Shown here: positions 53,238 to 63,539 of the stretch, in pieces
Numbering within the stretch: position 1 is the first letter of the stretch
Layout: every line of letters starts with the position of its first letter
From: Methanomassiliicoccaceae archaeon
GTDB lineage: Archaea; Thermoplasmatota; Thermoplasmata; Methanomassiliicoccales; Methanomassiliicoccaceae
Length of the DNA: 64,000 bases
Assembly: GCA_963728405.1 (NCBI GenBank)
Contig: CAVSJV010000003.1
Location: forward strand, 32,001-96,000
Direction of reading: 5' to 3'
Notes under the pieces: model-generated
The model's database searches: none
Seen by the model: the letters and a program-made list of their open reading frames with translations, nothing else
Told to the model about the DNA's origin: nothing
Made by a program: the position numbers and the translations under genes

Positions 53238-55573
53238 GGGATGTCATGCCTGGAAAGGAATTGACCAGGAAGAGGCCGGTGCCCTTCCCCCTGTTCGAGA
53301 TCGACATATTCTCCGCCACGCCCGAGGATCTCAAAGAGCTGTCCAAGACCATGGGCCTGAACCTTAGCCCTGAGGAAATGGATATGGTGAAGGCGTACTT
53401 CAAGAAGGGCAAGCGCCTCCCCACCGACGTCGAGCTGCAGTCGATCGCCCAGGCCTGGAGCGAGCACTGCTGCTACAAGTCTTCCAAGTGCTTCCTGCGG
53501 GAACATATCTTCACCATCAAGCACCCCGACGTCCTATCCAAAGGGGACGCCGGGGTCATGGCGTTCGATGACGAGCACGCCTATGCCCTCCGGATCGAGA
53601 GCCACAACCACCCATCGGCGATCGAGCCGTACGGTGGGGCGGCCACCGGCATCGGCGGCATCGTCAGGGACGTCCTGGCCATGGGCGCCCAGCCCATCGC
53701 CCTGGTCGACCCGCTGTTCTTCGGACCGCTGGAGCTCAGGGAGGTCCCGGCCGGCGTCAAGCTGCCCAAGTACCTGACCGGCGGGGTCGTGGCCGGCATT
53801 CGCGATTACGGTAACAGGATAGGTATCCCCACCATCGCTGGCGGGGTGTTCTTCGATCCCGCGTACACCGGTAATTGCCTTGTGAACGTTGGCTGCATCG
53901 GCTTCCTCAGGAAGGACAAGCTGCTGAACAATGCCGTACAGGGGACCGGGGATGTACTGATCCTGGTAGGCGGCCGCACTGGACGGGATGGCATCCATGG
54001 CGTCACCTTCGCCTCGGCCGAGCTGAGCGCCAGGTCCGAGGATGAGTCCCGCGGAGCGGTCCAGCTGGGCGACCCCATCATGAAGGAACCGACCATCCAC
54101 GCCTGCCTGGAAGTTAACGAGCAGGGGCTGGTCAGCGGCATCAAGGACCTGGGAGGCGGCGGGCTGTCCTGCGTCATCGGCGAGATTGCCCTGGCCGGCG
54201 GTTGTGGGGCGGTAGTTCAACTTGACAAGGTGCCCCTCAAGGAAGAGGGCCTAGCGCCCTGGGAGATCTGGGTATCGGAGTCGCAGGAGCGCATGATGCT
54301 CGCTGCCCCGGAGAAGAACGTCGAGCGGATCCTGGAGATCTTCGGCCTGTGGGACATGCCCGCCACCGTCGTCGCCAAGGTGGTCAAAGAACAACGGGTC
54401 AAACTCATCTACGAGGGCGTGGAGGTCTTCGACCTCGACCTCGAGTTCCTGACCAAGGGGCCGGAATACTGCCGGCCGACGGCGACCTCGAACGGCTTAG
54501 GGAACATCCCCTACAAGGCACCCCAGCTTCCTGACGGCCTGAACTCTGTGGTGCTGTCGACGCTGGCCGATCCCAACATCGCTTCCAAGGAATGGATGAT
54601 CACCCAGTACGACCATGAGGTCCGGGCGTCCACGGTCATCAAGCCCATGCAGGGGAAACCGGGGCTGCGCGGCCCCGCCGACGCCACCGTGCTCAAGCCG
54701 CTCGTGGACTCGTACCGCGGACTGGCCGTCGCCATCGGGGTAAATCCCTGGTTCACCGCTCAAGACCCATACAATGGCGGACGGAGCTCGGTCGACGAGG
54801 CGTGCCGTAACATCGTCGCCGTAGGCGGACGGCCCCATGCCCTGACCGATTGCCTTAACTTCGGCAATCCTGAGAAGCCAGAGCGACTGTTCGAGTTCAA
54901 GGAAGCGGTCCGCGGCATAGGCGAGATGGCCAGGGACCTGAACCTCGCCGTGCCGTCCGGGAACGTGTCGTTCTACAACGAGACGGCCCACGGCGCCGCG
55001 TTGCCGACCCCTACCGTGCTGGGGGTGGGCATCGTTGAGGATATTCGCAAATGCGTCACCACCGATTTCAAGAACGAGGGCAACCCCGTCTACTTGGTCG
55101 GGGAGACCCTGGACGAGATGGGTGCCTCGGCCCTCTTCCGTCGTTATGGCGGGAGCGGAGGGAATGTTCCCGCGGTCGACAGCACCGCACTAGCCTCTCG
55201 GACGGACCTGATCCTGGCCGCCATGTCCAAGGGGCTGGTCAGGAGCTGCCATGACTGCTCCGACGGCGGGCTGGCGATCACCTTGGCGGAGATGTGCCTG
55301 GGCGGAGACCTAGGTTTCTTCGGGGACCTTTCCCCGCTGGGCGACCTGCCCTTCGAGGTTAAGCTGTTCTCCGAGTCCAACTCCCGTTTCGTGGTCGAGG
55401 TCGAGCCATCCAAGGCCGCCGAGTTCGAATCGCTTGCAAAGAAGCAAGCATATCGCATCGGCGAGGTCGGACGCGGCAAGATGGCCATCCGGGACGGCAG
55501 GGCCGGAGTGGACCTCAAGGTCCCGGCCATGAGAAAGGCGTGGTCAGAACCTCTGTGGAGGCTGTTGGGGTGA
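53234..55573 (+). CDS. purL: FGAM synthase subunit PurL
   Basis: WSEHCCYKSS, ESHNHPS, DCLNFGNP, SGNVSFYN. Confidence 0.97.
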   Translation: MRDVMPGKELTRKRPVPFPLFEIDIFSATPEDLKELSKTMGLNLSPEEMDMVKAYFKKGKRLPTDVELQSIAQAWSEHCCYKSSKCFLREHIFTIKHPDVLSKGDAGVMAFDDEHAYALRIESHNHPSAIEPYGGAATGIGGIVRDVLAMGAQPIALVDPLFFGPLELREVPAGVKLPKYLTGGVVAGIRDYGNRIGIPTIAGGVFFDPAYTGNCLVNVGCIGFLRKDKLLNNAVQGTGDVLILVGGRTGRDGIHGVTFASAELSARSEDESRGAVQLGDPIMKEPTIHACLEVNEQGLVSGIKDLGGGGLSCVIGEIALAGGCGAVVQLDKVPLKEEGLAPWEIWVSESQERMMLAAPEKNVERILEIFGLWDMPATVVAKVVKEQRVKLIYEGVEVFDLDLEFLTKGPEYCRPTATSNGLGNIPYKAPQLPDGLNSVVLSTLADPNIASKEWMITQYDHEVRASTVIKPMQGKPGLRGPADATVLKPLVDSYRGLAVAIGVNPWFTAQDPYNGGRSSVDEACRNIVAVGGRPHALTDCLNFGNPEKPERLFEFKEAVRGIGEMARDLNLAVPSGNVSFYNETAHGAALPTPTVLGVGIVEDIRKCVTTDFKNEGNPVYLVGETLDEMGASALFRRYGGSGGNVPAVDSTALASRTDLILAAMSKGLVRSCHDCSDGGLAITLAEMCLGGDLGFFGDLSPLGDLPFEVKLFSESNSRFVVEVEPSKAAEFESLAKKQAYRIGEVGRGKMAIRDGRAGVDLKVPAMRKAWSEPLWRLLG

Positions 55574-55577
55574 TGTC

Positions 55578-56414
55578 ATGAAGGTCGACGAGATCAAGGT
55601 CTGCGTCCTCCGCATCGAGGGGACGAACTGCGAGCAGGAGGCCTATGATGCCTTCAGGTCACTGGGAGCACAACCGGAGAAGGTACACCTTAAGCAGCTG
55701 ATCGGCCAATCCCCCGCCGAGCTGAGAAGGGACCTGGACGACTTTCATGTGCTGATGTTTCCAGGCGGCTTCTCCGCCGGAGACTATGTGCGGGCCGGAG
55801 CCATCTTCGCTGCCCGCATCAAGAGCCATCTCGCCTCCGACCTGGAGAACTTCATCGCCTCCGGCCGCCCCGTGCTGGGCGTATGCAACGGATTCCAGAT
55901 TCTAGTGGAACTTGGCGTGCTGCCGTCCTTCGACGAGATCATGACCGAGGAACCTCAGGCCGCCCTGTACAACAACGTATCGGGTAGGTTCGAGTGCCGG
56001 CCTACCTACCTCAAGCATGAGAATCACGGCAAGTGCGTTTTCACTTCCTTGCTGCCCAGAGGAGAAGTGGTCATGTTCCCCTCCGCCCATGCCGAGGGCA
56101 ATCTGAGGTTCCCCACCGAGCAAGAGCAGGAGTTCGTGCAGAGGCTGGAGGACAATGACCAGGTAGTGTTCCGTTACGTCAATCCGTCAGGCGATGAACC
56201 CGGACCATACTGGTGCCCGAACGGGGCAGTGAGCAACATCGCCGGCATCTGCAACCCCGATGGCAACGTCCTGGGCCTGATGCCTCACCCAGAGAGGGTG
56301 ATGTTCCGATACCAGCATCCTGATTGGACCCGGGACAGCAGCAGGTCGGACGGGGCGGGGGACGGCCGTGTCATCTTCCGCTCGGTCCTCGAGCACGTCG
56401 AGAAGAGATTCTGA
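55578..56414 (+). CDS. purQ: FGAM synthase subunit PurQ
   Basis: GTNC, PGGFSAGD, GVCNGFQ, MPHPER. Confidence 0.97.
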   Translation: MKVDEIKVCVLRIEGTNCEQEAYDAFRSLGAQPEKVHLKQLIGQSPAELRRDLDDFHVLMFPGGFSAGDYVRAGAIFAARIKSHLASDLENFIASGRPVLGVCNGFQILVELGVLPSFDEIMTEEPQAALYNNVSGRFECRPTYLKHENHGKCVFTSLLPRGEVVMFPSAHAEGNLRFPTEQEQEFVQRLEDNDQVVFRYVNPSGDEPGPYWCPNGAVSNIAGICNPDGNVLGLMPHPERVMFRYQHPDWTRDSSRSDGAGDGRVIFRSVLEHVEKRF

Positions 56415-56416
56415 GA

Positions 56417-57076
56417 TCACTCTACGGTGATCCGGAGCTCCACGATATCGCCGTCATTGAGGCCGAGGGTCCTCCGCAGGTTGTACTTGCACAGGACCTC
56501 CATGATGTCAGAGTAGTGCGAGCGGGACGGTAGGATCACGGCGCACTCGATATTCTGGATGTTGGCGGGAAAGCACCGCACTTCGCCGAAGGTGCGGCCA
56601 TTGCGCTGGAAGCCACTGATAATGATCCCCTCGCTCCTCCGCAGTATGTCCAGCTTGCCCACATCGGAGGGGTTCATCTTTAGATTAAGGGTGCCCTCGA
56701 ACGGGATGAAACCCAGCTTGCCCTTGAACTGCTCCAGGTAACCGGGCTGGGTGACGTAGTATTGCCCTTCGCCCATGCCGGTGGCGACCACTCCCCGAAT
56801 GAGCAGATGGTCCCGCAACTCGAAGATCTTCTGGTACTCCGAGTACTCGGTCCTCAGGGCATCCAGGCCCTTCTTGGTGATCTTGATCCGCTGCTTCCTC
56901 GCCCCCAGGTCCCTCTGGATGTAGCCTTCCTCCAGCAGCTCCAGTATCCGCTTGGAGGCGGACTGCTGGCTGATCCTGAGCTTCTCTCCGAGCTCCCGAG
57001 AGGAGATGGCGATATAGTCGTTGATGCCGCCCAGAAGGGCGATCTGTTTCAGAGCAATGGCGAACTTCTCGTTCAT
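56417..57076 (-). CDS. ribK: CTP-dependent riboflavin kinase with N-terminal wHTH (RbkR-type)
   Basis: ISQQSAS HTH, GMGEGQYY, PFEGTLN, LR..L.L.DGD. Confidence 0.93.
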   Translation of the reverse strand: MNEKFAIALKQIALLGGINDYIAISSRELGEKLRISQQSASKRILELLEEGYIQRDLGARKQRIKITKKGLDALRTEYSEYQKIFELRDHLLIRGVVATGMGEGQYYVTQPGYLEQFKGKLGFIPFEGTLNLKMNPSDVGKLDILRRSEGIIISGFQRNGRTFGEVRCFPANIQNIECAVILPSRSHYSDIMEVLCKYNLRRTLGLNDGDIVELRITVE

Positions 57077-57211
57077 TCCGGATCACACAGAGCAATAGAT
57101 CATGGTAGCTACCATAATTTAGCGCATTGTTCCATTCCGACCACTCTATTTATAGCTTTCAGGGATTTGTCTTGACCATACTAATTGATATCACGAAAAG
57201 GTCGGTTGATC

Positions 57212-58030
57212 ATGGACAGGCACGTCATAGAAGCATTGGGTAAGGCCAGGATAGTCATCAAGGACGGAAAGGTCGTCGAGATCGGCAGGCCGGAAGTGGA
57301 GTACTGCCCCCTCTTCGCCAAGGTCCGCAACATCCAGGTCATCACCCCAGAAGTGATCAAAGAGAACATCGAGTTCCGCATCAGGGACTTCGGCATGTGC
57401 ACGCCCCATCGCAAGATGCGCATGAAGGACTTCCTTTCCTTCGGAGTATCGGAGCTGATGGGCATGGCCGTATCGAAGGACCTGCTCGACGCCGTGGTCA
57501 TCGTGTGCGAGGGGGCTGGAACGGTCGTCGTATCGGACCCTGAGCTCATCCAAGGTATCGGCGGTCGGATCTCGGGGATCGTGGAGACCTCACCCATCGC
57601 CGAGGTCATCGAGGCCATCGGCAGGGACCGGGTGCTCGATCCCGAGAAAGCCACCATCAATCAGTACGAGGGCACCAGACTAGCATTCATCAAGGGATTC
57701 AAGAGGGTCGGCGTGTCCGTCGCCTCGGCCGCGGACGCCCGCCGCATCCGCGAGGAGTTCGGACAGCGGGTGGCGCTGTTCGCTGTCCACGTGACCGGCC
57801 GGAGCAAGGAGGACGCGGAGACCTTCTTCGACACCTGTGACATCGTGACCTCCTGCGCCTCCAGCGAGGTGAGGGCTAGGGCCAAGGAAAGGGCCCTTCT
57901 GCAGGTCGGGAACAAGGTGCCGGTGTTCGCTGCGTCCCTTTGGGGCGAGATGCTCCTGAGGACCAGACTGGAAATTATAAAGCATCCCAATGTCACCTCC
58001 CCCGAGGACCCGCCCAGACCACTGATCTAA
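57212..58030 (+). CDS. Methanogenesis marker 8 (DUF2099) protein
   Basis: HVIEALGK, YCPLF, FRIRDFGMCT, VCEGAGTV, QGIGGRISG. Confidence 0.85.
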   Translation: MDRHVIEALGKARIVIKDGKVVEIGRPEVEYCPLFAKVRNIQVITPEVIKENIEFRIRDFGMCTPHRKMRMKDFLSFGVSELMGMAVSKDLLDAVVIVCEGAGTVVVSDPELIQGIGGRISGIVETSPIAEVIEAIGRDRVLDPEKATINQYEGTRLAFIKGFKRVGVSVASAADARRIREEFGQRVALFAVHVTGRSKEDAETFFDTCDIVTSCASSEVRARAKERALLQVGNKVPVFAASLWGEMLLRTRLEIIKHPNVTSPEDPPRPLI

Positions 58031-58383
58031 CCGTCGTCCAGGCCAAGGTGGCTCCCTCCCCTCAGGAGCACCACCTTTATTCTCTTTTTTCGCAGCTTAC
58101 CAATGAGCACTCTGTCATTGGTGACCACGTACGCATTGAGCTTCTCGGCTAGCTCGATGACCGCCTGGTCACCCGTAGCAATGGTATCCTCGATAGTGTA
58201 CCGGGACAACAGGCGCAAGGCGGCAGGGGCGTTCTTGCTGGTGGACCGTTTCAGCTCGCCCACGATGGGGCCTGGAACGAACATCTGACATTCACCAAGA
58301 AGGGAGCGCAGCTGCGCATCGAGGTTTATGGAGCGTTCAAAAGGAAGAATTAGGGCGTTGGTGTCCAGGACCACCTTGGGCAT
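58027..58383 (-). CDS. PIN-domain protein (Fcf1/Utp24-like)
   Basis: VVLDTNAL, EL, GD, VVTND; located next to eif2g. Confidence 0.88.
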   Translation of the reverse strand: MPKVVLDTNALILPFERSINLDAQLRSLLGECQMFVPGPIVGELKRSTSKNAPAALRLLSRYTIEDTIATGDQAVIELAEKLNAYVVTNDRVLIGKLRKKRIKVVLLRGGSHLGLDDG

Positions 58384-58389
58384 GGACAC

Positions 58390-59613
58390 CTACTGGATGA
58401 TGCCGTATCCTATCAGGCGCCACTTGCCCGAGATGCGCCGCGATATGGCCACCCGCTGGTCCTTGAGCGCGCAAACGGGGATCTTCAAGGCCACTTCGGA
58501 CTCGTTGCCCCGGGCGCTCGTCACCACTCCGACGGTGGTCGCGGTCCCGATGCTCAGCATCAGTGGCTCGTTCGTCTTGATGTTCTCCACGACCATATCC
58601 TCGGCCGCGCCGACCACTCTCTCCAGGAGGTGCGTGGTCATGATGAACTTATGCAGGACCTGGGGCAGCGTTCCGGGCTTACCGACCAGGCGGCCGGTGA
58701 GGCCGTCGGACTTGGTCAACGCCGGGTCAAGCTTGGTCCCGATGGCGATAAGACCGCCGGGATGAGCAATGTCCAGGGTCGTGCTACCGGTATGCAGCGA
58801 CTGCACAAAAGTAGTGATCCGCTCATAGGAGATCTTGCCGCCGATCTCGACCTTGCGGCCAGGAAGGACCTCGATCTCGTCCCCCATCTCCAGGGTTCCC
58901 TGGGTTAGGGATCCGCCGAGCACTCCGCCCTTGAGCGAATCGGGCAATGAGCCGGGGGTGTTGATGTCGAACGACCGGGCTACATACATCATAGGCGGCT
59001 TGTCCCGGTCGGTGGCGGGCGTCGGGATGTACTTCTCGATCGCCTCGATGAGCTTGTCGATGTTAACATCGTGGTGTGCGGAAACAGGTATGATAGGGGC
59101 GTTCTCGGCAATGGTACCCTTCACGAAACGCTTGATCTCGCGGTAGTTCTCCAAAGCCTCTTCCTTGGTCACGATGTCGATCTTGTTCTGCACGATGATG
59201 ATCTTGTCCACACCAATGATGGACAGGGCCATGAGGTGCTCCTTGGTCTGGGGCTGGGGGCAGTGCTCGTTCGCCGCGACCAGCAATAGGGCGCCCTGCA
59301 TCATGGCCGCGCCAGATAGCATGGTGGCCATGAGCGTCTCGTGGCCGGGAGCATCGACGAAGGAGATCACCCTTAGGAGCTCGGTCTCCCCGCCGCATTC
59401 TTGGCAGGCCTCTTGCGCAGTATACTTGTTGCACTTGGGGCAACGGTAAAAAGCGGTATCGGCATAGCCTAGTCGAATGGAGATCCCTCTCTTGATCTCC
59501 TCGGAATGACGGTCGGTCCACTCCCCGCTCAAAGCCTTGGTGAGGGTGGTCTTGCCGTGGTCGACATGACCGATCATCCCGATGTTGATCTCAGGCTGCC
59601 GGGCTACCTTCAT
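58390..59613 (-). CDS. eif2g: Translation initiation factor aIF2 gamma
   Basis: [36 protein letters not shown]. Confidence 0.98.
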   Translation of the reverse strand: MKVARQPEINIGMIGHVDHGKTTLTKALSGEWTDRHSEEIKRGISIRLGYADTAFYRCPKCNKYTAQEACQECGGETELLRVISFVDAPGHETLMATMLSGAAMMQGALLLVAANEHCPQPQTKEHLMALSIIGVDKIIIVQNKIDIVTKEEALENYREIKRFVKGTIAENAPIIPVSAHHDVNIDKLIEAIEKYIPTPATDRDKPPMMYVARSFDINTPGSLPDSLKGGVLGGSLTQGTLEMGDEIEVLPGRKVEIGGKISYERITTFVQSLHTGSTTLDIAHPGGLIAIGTKLDPALTKSDGLTGRLVGKPGTLPQVLHKFIMTTHLLERVVGAAEDMVVENIKTNEPLMLSIGTATTVGVVTSARGNESEVALKIPVCALKDQRVAISRRISGKWRLIGYGIIQ

Positions 59614-60005
59614 TTCTTCTCCTCTTTCTTAGGAAGGAGTTCTTCTACCGTCTTGGAGCCGGCAGTAGTGATGGTCATGTTGATCTGGGTCGTATCCGGA
59701 GAAACGGTGTTGCCCCTGATCAGCTTGCGGCGCCTCATGCCCTCTTCGGGAGCGACGAAGCCAGTGCCATCGGTAAGGAGAATGTTCTTGCGCCTGACGC
59801 CCGGCAGGTCGGACCTCATCGGTACCCCGTCCTTGTCGCTTCCGCCAGCAATGGTCAACTTGTATCCGGGAAGGCTCACAAAGATGCCGTCCACGACGTC
59901 CCCGATCTTCTTGCCGATGAGGGAGTTGGCGTGATGGCCGGCGACCGAAGCCTGGTACGACTTCCCGGTCTTTACATCGTTAATGACAGCTTTGAACTCT
60001 ACCAT
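59610..60005 (-). CDS. rps6e: 30S ribosomal protein S6e
   Basis: [23 protein letters not shown]. Confidence 0.97.
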   Translation of the reverse strand: MVEFKAVINDVKTGKSYQASVAGHHANSLIGKKIGDVVDGIFVSLPGYKLTIAGGSDKDGVPMRSDLPGVRRKNILLTDGTGFVAPEEGMRRRKLIRGNTVSPDTTQINMTITTAGSKTVEELLPKKEEKK

Positions 60006-60288
60006 CTAAACACCTTTTTTAGGTAATCGCCTTAATGTAGCTTAGAATAAATAACTATTGCTTGCCGAGAGGGGTTCCTGAATACGTTTTTCTTTCTTCA
60101 AATGAGGGCATCCAGGTAATGCCCGGCCTCCCCTCACGGGAGCTCAGATATCCTAGAACGGGATCGGGCGGTGCGAAGTTTGATCAAAATGATGACCTGA
60201 TCCAAACCCCATAGGACCTGGGCCCTCGATGCCTACGTTTAAACCGCGTCAGGAACATGCAGTTTCGAAACGAGGACAGAGCATGGTT

Positions 60289-60415
60289 GGCTTTGACACC
60301 CCCATGAAGTCATTCGTGGGATTCTGAGGTCGGCATCGTTCATGCCGGAGCCTCCTGGGGCGTATCAATGCGGCCCTTGCACCAATCCCTGTCTTGGTGC
60401 AATCGACCAGCGTCT
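60289..60415 (+). ncRNA. Putative structured ncRNA, copy 2 of a duplicated motif
   Basis: About 87% identical by eye to the reverse complement of 30931-31056; TTTAAA at 60238-60243 upstream. Confidence 0.6.
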
Positions 60416-60465
60416 TCTTCTAACGAGGGGCGCAACGCGATGTTGAACGACGCGTAGGCGTCGGC

Positions 60466-60594
60466 GTGGTCAGCATCGAGCTCAAAGTGGTCAAAAAATG
60501 CAAGGAGTGCGGGACCTCATCTTCCTCCTGCGGCTGTGAGGAAGAGGCCTGCTCTTTCGAATGCTGTGGAGAACCGATGAAACCGAAAGGATGA
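60466..60594 (+). CDS. 42-aa Cys-rich desulforedoxin/metallothionein-like micro-protein
   Basis: MVSIELKVVKKCKECGTSSSSCGCEEEACSFECCGEPMKPKG (GTG start); CxxCG...CCGEPM pattern; T-rich tract at about 60614-60630. Confidence 0.65.
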   Translation: MVSIELKVVKKCKECGTSSSSCGCEEEACSFECCGEPMKPKG

Positions 60595-60734
60595 GCGTGG
60601 GTGCGCACCAGCCTTTCCATTTTCTTTTTTGTTCCTAGCATCGATAATGTGCGACATCCCTGAATCGGACCTCCACCAAAGTAAGGATTATCTTCACCGG
60701 TCATCAATGATGGATGGGTGTGATAAAAGTGAAG

Positions 60735-60935
60735 ATGAACACTGCAGCAACGGAGGAAGTAGAGATCCCCAACGACGTCCGGTATGCACTGAAACAGAAG
60801 CCTGGAGCATTGGAAGCATTCCAGGCCTTGCCAGCAGACCAGCAACGAGATCTCCTAGAATCCATCAATTCGGCGAACATGTCCGATATCCGGGATGGAC
60901 GGATCGATCGATTGGTAGAGAAGCTTACCAAGTGA
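60735..60935 (+). CDS. YdeI/OmpD-associated domain protein
   Basis: VEIPNDV..AL...P.A..AF..L...QR....I..A.....R..RI..LV..L. Confidence 0.8.
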   Translation: MNTAATEEVEIPNDVRYALKQKPGALEAFQALPADQQRDLLESINSANMSDIRDGRIDRLVEKLTK

Positions 60936-61224
60936 TGAGCGCCCTGTTCAGCAATCATTGGTTCCTTGGTCTCGATTAGAGAATCTTGTTTAGAGCTGGT
61001 CGCCGTCGCGTCCGTTTGAGTCAAGGGCCAATGGCCACACAACGGCGGACTTCATTTAGATGCCCTACCTCAACGAGACCATGATCGTCCCTCCAGAGAG
61101 GTTCGGGCCTAAATCGCCTGGCCTTTGAAGTGAGATGTCACCAATGAGGTGTGTGGCCCCAAAGGGCCCTTTTTCGAATGTCACGGTCTCAGATGAAATA
61201 CGTGTTCTGGACGTAGCAATTAAC

Positions 61225-62085
61225 ATGCAAGGCAGAACTAAACATATCCGGGCGGTGGAGCTGGTGCGCCGGGCCGAGCCCACCCTGGAAGGCGCCGGGG
61301 TCCGGTTGGTGCGGGCCTTCGGTTACGAAGAGGCCTCCAGGCTTGACCCGTTCCTGATGCTCGATGACTTCCATTCCGATAATCCCGCGGACTACTCGGC
61401 CGGGTTCCCTTCCCACCCTCACCGAGGCATGGAAACGGTCACCTACATGATCAGCGGGGCCTCTGAGCACGCCGACAACATGGGCCACCACGGCCGCATC
61501 GGGCCGGGGGAGGTGCAATGGATGACCGCCGGGAGTGGGATAATCCACGAGGAGATGCCCCGGTCAACGGGCGGCCGTCTCCAGGGTTTTCAGTTGTGGG
61601 TCAACCTACCCGCGGCGCACAAGATGATGGCCCCGCGCTATCAGGACATCAGGAAGGAGATGATCCCTTCCCTTAATCCGATCAATGGGGTCGAGATCAG
61701 GGTCATCGCAGGAAGGGTCGGCGAAGCACAGGGACCTGTCCGCGACCTCGTCGTGCCGGTCGAGCTCCTGGACGTCAAGATGGGGCCGAACAGCCTGTTC
61801 GAGCATATCATTCCCCCCGACCGGACCGCTTTCGCTTACAGCTTCGAGGGCGAGGCCTCCTTTGGCGACGAACGCTGGCGGGCCGGGGAGGAGCACCTGG
61901 TCATACTCGGAGAAGGCGATACTGTAGTGGTACGGACCGAGGTTGACGGCGCCAGGTTCCTGCTCGCGTCCGGAAAGCCCCTGCGCGAACCGATCGCCTG
62001 GCGGGGGCCGGTGGTCATGAACTCGGACGAGGAGCTCAAGCAGGCCTTCATCGAGATCAGGGAGGGCACTTTCGTCAAGAAGTGA
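61225..62085 (+). CDS. Pirin family protein
   Basis: DPFLMLD, HPHRGMETVTY, QWMTAGSGIIHEE, QLWVNLP. Confidence 0.95.
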   Translation: MQGRTKHIRAVELVRRAEPTLEGAGVRLVRAFGYEEASRLDPFLMLDDFHSDNPADYSAGFPSHPHRGMETVTYMISGASEHADNMGHHGRIGPGEVQWMTAGSGIIHEEMPRSTGGRLQGFQLWVNLPAAHKMMAPRYQDIRKEMIPSLNPINGVEIRVIAGRVGEAQGPVRDLVVPVELLDVKMGPNSLFEHIIPPDRTAFAYSFEGEASFGDERWRAGEEHLVILGEGDTVVVRTEVDGARFLLASGKPLREPIAWRGPVVMNSDEELKQAFIEIREGTFVKK

Positions 62086-62142
62086 GCTTTACATTCCGAC
62101 ATCATCTATTTGACATCGCTGAGAAGATATGAACTAGATAAG

Positions 62143-62604
62143 ATGACCAAGACGCTCAAGGTAGGGACGAAGGCCCCGGTGTTCACATTGCCGGACCAGA
62201 ACGGGAAGCTGGTGGATGCCGGAGCATTGGTGGGGAAGAAGGCCCTGGTCGTTTACTTCTACCCAAAGGATTTCACCTCCGGCTGCACCATGGAGGCCCA
62301 TGAGTTCCGGGAGATGCATGAGGAGTTCCTGAAGAATGGGGCCGAGGTCATTGGGATATCCTCGGACGACGTCGAGACCCACAAGCGGTTTGTCGAGGAG
62401 CACCAGCTCCCGTTCACCTTGCTGAGCGATGGGGACGGGAAGGTCCGGGACATGTACGGCGCCTGGGGGATAGGACATACGCCCGGCCGGGTCACCTTCC
62501 TCATCGACAAACAAGGCATCATCCGCATGGTGTTCTCATCCCAGATCCAGCCGAAGAAGCATATTTCCGAGGCGCTGCGGGTGCTCTCGGAGATCACGGG
62601 TTGA
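62143..62604 (+). CDS. bcp: Peroxiredoxin, BCP/PrxQ type
   Basis: YFYPKDFTSGCTMEA, GISSD, RVTFLID. Confidence 0.92.
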   Translation: MTKTLKVGTKAPVFTLPDQNGKLVDAGALVGKKALVVYFYPKDFTSGCTMEAHEFREMHEEFLKNGAEVIGISSDDVETHKRFVEEHQLPFTLLSDGDGKVRDMYGAWGIGHTPGRVTFLIDKQGIIRMVFSSQIQPKKHISEALRVLSEITG

Positions 62605-62714
62605 ACTGCTTCGACTGAGCTCTTGAAGATGAATGAATTCACCACCAAACCCCTTTTCTTTTTTATATGGCGACACACACTGTGCTCTTCCCTTGACCGA
62701 GCCCTCCCCTCAGT

Positions 62715-63453
62715 TCATTTCCCATTGGCCGGAGGAAACTGGATCAAAGATGGCTTCCGGCAATCGTATGGATCGCACTTATCTTTGATCCGGCTGGGGA
62801 AGATGTAGCAGAAGGTCCACGCGCCGGTCACCGCTCCTAGCAGCTCGGCGATGATAAAGAACACCGCGCTGCCAGGAGCGATCCCGCATACAGCGTAGGT
62901 GAACATGCGATAGAATGTGACCATGGGATTGGCGAACATGGTGCTAGAAGTGGTGATGAGCAGACCGCCCACCAGGAACGCCACGCCTAGCGAGGTATTC
63001 TTGGACCCACCTCTCACGCAGCCGATGATGACCCCGACCAGCATGAAGGTGCCAACGAACTCGGCGAAGAACAACCCCGGCCCCTTAACTAGATCGGAGA
63101 CGACGATCACCTTCTGGATAGTATCATAGAACATCATGTGGGCAGTGAGCAGGCCAAGGAAGCCGCCGGCGAACTGCGCCCCCATGTAATATGCTGCCAC
63201 CCGGGGATTGATGTCCCGAGTGGATAATAGGGCCAGGGTAACGGCTGGATTGAAGTGCGCGCCGGATATGGAGGCAAATGTCTCGATGAGCGCAAAGAGG
63301 ACGAACGCGACCGCCAGGGCATTGATCAGGATGGTCAGGGGAAGGCCCCCGTTCAGCACAGTTGTAGGGCAGTATCGTCGAGGCGATGGCCACGACCACT
63401 AGGAACAATGAACCGATGAATTCTGCCAGCAGGTTCTGCTTCAGCGTTGGCAA
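62715..63453 (-). CDS. MIP/aquaporin family channel (frameshift near 63360)
   Basis: AEFIGS, ISGAHFNPAVT, second box FANPMVT. Confidence 0.88.
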
Positions 63454-63539
63454 CGTTCTCCCCTCGTCAGGGAGGCCACTGTATTATGATTATTAATTAT
63501 TGATTCACCACTCAAATATTAGAGTGATGCCAGCAGCCA

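Noticed and set aside
60289-60415. HDV-like/theta ribozyme reading of the duplicated motif (GCC-TCCYGG-GGC resembles P3/L3)
   Set aside because: I could not build a 7-bp P1 starting with G, a properly placed P1.1 GG, or the J4/2 catalytic C.
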